A stretch of 63,668 nt of DNA, counting the filler, from Octopus bimaculoides (Eukaryota): NCBI RefSeq assembly GCF_001194135.2. It is 6 parts of 6 records of this genome, joined end to end, with 100 filler letters (N's around TTAATTAATTAA, not from the genome) between each part and the next. Parts side by side here need not be neighbours in the genome. Positions count along the whole stretch, not along the records: positions 54,312 to 61,080 come from NC_069006.1; positions 61,181 to 63,668 come from NC_068984.1; 4 more parts are not named here. One strand, written 5' to 3'. Below are positions 60,716 to 63,668 of the stretch, in pieces (positions within the stretch are counted from its first letter, which is position 1; each line of letters starts with the position of its first letter). The notes under the pieces are model-generated. The model ran no database searches. It had not been told where the DNA came from and saw only the letters and a list, made by a program, of their open reading frames with translations. Both the position numbers and the translations under genes were made by a program.

Positions 60716-61180
60716 CACAAACCCACATCCATCCATCCGTCCAGCCATCCATCTCAGTGAATATTGGGTGGGTGTGAAAATAATGGCAAGCTTCAACAGT
60801 AACAGGTGGAGGATAATTGAACGTATGTAGAGTAAATGGGGGGGTGGATGGATGGGGATGGCAGGAAGGGATAGAAAGAGGGTGGGGCGGTTTGGTGGTG
60901 GTGGTGGTGGTGGGCGAAAGAATAACTGGAGAACAGGAACAGGAGGGGAAACTGGGGGTAGTGGGACGAGTAGAAAGGAATTATCACCGTTTCTGCATTT
61001 CAAATTCATCACTAAACTCTCGCTAAAAGCGCCAGATGGACAGCTATATGCAAGCAGGTGTGTGTATGTGTGTATGTGTGNNNNNNNNNNNNNNNNNNNN
61101 NNNNNNNNNNNNNNNNNNNNNNNNTTAATTAATTAANNNNNNNNNNNNNNNNNNNNNNNNNNNNNNNNNNNNNNNNNNNN

Positions 61181-61215
<35 letters not shown>

Positions 61216-61691
61216 CCCCACAGACATACACACACATACACTGAGGCATATATATATATAAATATATATATATATTCTTTATTTGTGGATTAACAATGCT
61301 ATCATTGGTTGCATGCGAAAAACTTGCAATTTTCAAGCGTGCCATTTTTAAAATGTTGGTAATCCGTATGCATGTGAATTCATGCGTTTCGTTTAAGCAT
61401 TCAGATGTGTTTTTTAGTTTTTATATTCGTTTACTGGCTTCGGTCATTGGATTGCATTATGTTGAGTCACCACCTGTAAAAGTTTAATCGATCACATCGA
61501 TCTCCGTTATTATGTCATCGTCCTCTACCAATCGAAAGATTAAATAACCAGTTCTTTTAACAAGAAACGCAACAAACCCTACCAGTCTATATTGGTATAG
61601 ATTGGCACACAGGCACAAACACAAATCTACACAAATATACATACATTCATGCACGCATTATTCATATATTTATACAAACATACATAATACT

Positions 61692-61765
<74 letters not shown>

Positions 61766-61915
61766 NNNNNNNNNNNNNNNNNNNNNNNNNNNNNNNNNNN
61801 NNNNNNNNNNNNNNNNNNNNNNNNNNNNNNNNNNNNNNNTTGTTATTTACACCACCTGTCCTCATCTGTTGTTATTATTTGTATATTCTCCCATATATAT
61901 ATATATATATATATA

Positions 61916-62300
61916 CAGAGCTGGGCGTAAGTTCGTTAGCATATTCGTTAACAATTTAACTTTTAAATTAACTTTGAAAATCATTATCGGACTAATTAAC
62001 TTTCGTTACATTTAGCTTCCGTTAACTCAAGTCCGTTACCCCAAAACTCGTCTACTGCAGCCCTTTGGTCGACGCTGTTTTGGCGTCTTGGTCGACGGTG
62101 TCTTGACCCCTTGGTCGACGCTGTTTTGGCAGGCATCGACAAAAGATTTGCGACCCTCCTGGACGATGAGGAATGCCAACAGGCTGCTGCTTTCCACCCC
62201 AGGTTTCGCCTCATCTGTTTGGATAGGTATGATAGCACCAAGATGTACATTAAAAATCGAAGTTGCGAGGTATATTGTGGCTAAATCACAGTGTAAAACA
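61916..62300 (+). mobile_element. hAT transposon fragment (terminus with CGTTA subterminal repeats plus internal transposase piece)
   Basis: CAGAGCTGGGCGTAAGTTCGTTA end; translation YCSPLVDAVLA...PLVDAVLAGIDKRFATLLDDEECQQAAAFHPRFRLICL (hAT AAxxHP[KR]F[KR] block). Confidence 0.65.
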
Positions 62301-62459
62301 ATCACATGACTCAAAAAGGTGCATTTAAAAGTAACAGTTACAATAAAACAATGAAAATGAAATAAAAATAATATAGAAATAATAAAATAGAATAAAATGA
62401 AAATACAAATAATAGTTTGTAAGCAGTCGAAGGTCTTCTTGAAAGTCGGAAAATGTAAC

Positions 62460-62524
62460 CATTCGATGTAAAGTGTATGTACCGAGGACGGCTTGTCCTC
62501 GGTACATACACTTTACATCGAATG
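62460..62524. repeat. Perfect 30-bp inverted repeat with a 5-nt loop
   Basis: CATTCGATGTAAAGTGTATGTACCGAGGAC[GGCTT]GTCCTCGGTACATACACTTTACATCGAATG. Confidence 0.9.
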
Positions 62525-62830
62525 TCGTCGTGCACCACAGTTCTAATAGTCTACTTCTACACCAGAAGTTCTTCGGCGATGATCTTCATTGATTCCCTGA
62601 GACCATCATCGATAATGTTCTGAAGTCTTTGAATGAATTGGAGTGTCCTTATTGTGTCCAAATGTTTAGAATATTTTCTCTTTGATTCAGTTGAAACATA
62701 CGCATAAGAGGTTTTCAGTTCCATGCGAACTTTGTGTACAAGACATTTTGCATCACTTAGAAAGATGGTAATTTCTAAATTGCTATGTTCCCCACATAAA
62801 ACTGCACAACTTCGCATTTCTTCTGTTAAG
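62495..62830 (-). pseudogene. Tc1/mariner transposase N-terminal (HTH) fragment
   Basis: ...HSNLEITIFL...VHKVRMEL...KRKYSKHLDTIRTLQFIQRLQNIIDDGLRESMKIIAEELLV*K*TIRTVVHDDIRCKVYV, a typical DD37D/DD34D-type N-terminus. Confidence 0.7.
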
Positions 62831-62990
62831 ATTTTATCTGAAAACCTCCCCCCCCCCACTAAAAACAGAACACAGAGAAATATATGAATAAATCTATTTG
62901 TCTATGCCTGTATGTATGTATGTATGTATGTATGTATGTATGTATGTATGTATGTTTGTATGTATGTATGTATGTATGTATGTATGTATG

Positions 62991-63037
<47 letters not shown>

Positions 63038-63668
63038 GCATATTACAAACTAATGTGAGCTAAAACTACTCTGGCTGAACATATTCTGAATGGAATTTCA
63101 AATTTTACTGTGTTTCTTGATTTCTAATTACTGTAACAGTGTAAGACTTCATATATAACCATCTGTGCCATTTCTTTTTAATGTTCTGACACAATAAAGC
63201 GTGAAGATGCTTCGCCGAACATCTGAAAAAATTGCTACCTCGTCTCGCATTAACAGCTATTGAGCCGCCATTAAGAAAAAAAAAAAACAAATACGGAAAT
63301 GCATAGAATCTAACGGTAGCTTGCTTGACTGGAAGTGAGTTTTGCGTTGTCTTTGATAGGCAGACAGTCAAACATTAAGTCAGTGAGATGTTAGACCTTT
63401 CCAGATGTTGACGTCAACAAAATATAAATGTACTGTATATAAGGGTAGGGTAGAGGATGGTGGTGGTCCGAATGGAAGCAAAAATAAAATAAAAATGGGA
63501 AGATGAAAAAATAAGACCTCTGCATGTACACATCTCATTTCTCTATACATACATACATACATACATACATACATACATACACACACACATACATACATAC
63601 ATACTTACACACGCACATATATAAATATATATATATACATATATATATACATATACATATATATATAT

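Noticed and set aside
63105-63371. 88-aa minus-strand ORF as an exon
   Set aside because: No recognisable domain or convincing splice pair.

Overview
AT-rich, repeat-saturated animal DNA with (TA)n, (CA)n, (TAA)n and (CAT)n microsatellites and many N gaps. The SINE and microsatellite content resembles an octopus genome (inference from recalled repeat families, not from a search). No intact host protein-coding gene can be supported: almost all long ORFs in the track are microsatellite or N artefacts. Five artificial 100-bp spacers (44 N + TTAATTAATTAA + 44 N) split the window into six joined segments, so long-range adjacency is uncertain. Recognisable content: (i) four abundant SINE-like families, called A-D here, many copies nested or in tandem; (ii) decayed RTE, R4/Dong-like and Penelope-like retroelements; (iii) decayed mariner, Tc1, pogo and hAT transposase fragments and several MITEs. 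The two most interesting signals are: (1) about 11 minimal type-I hammerhead-ribozyme-like motifs in short Penelope-LTR-like elements beside (TA)n tracts, including one with a compensatory U3-A8 core, a three-copy family with a pyrimidine at core position 6, and one fused behind a tRNA-type Pol III head (a candidate Penelope-mobilised SINE); and (2) a 1.8-kb gag/ORF1-only retroelement with a CCHC knuckle, no RT, an 18-bp TSD-like repeat, an apparent insertion preference for a motif inside SINE-A, and a 32-nt 3' tail shared with a SINE-A subfamily. Coordinates of diverged repeats are approximate (about +/-10-20 bp).
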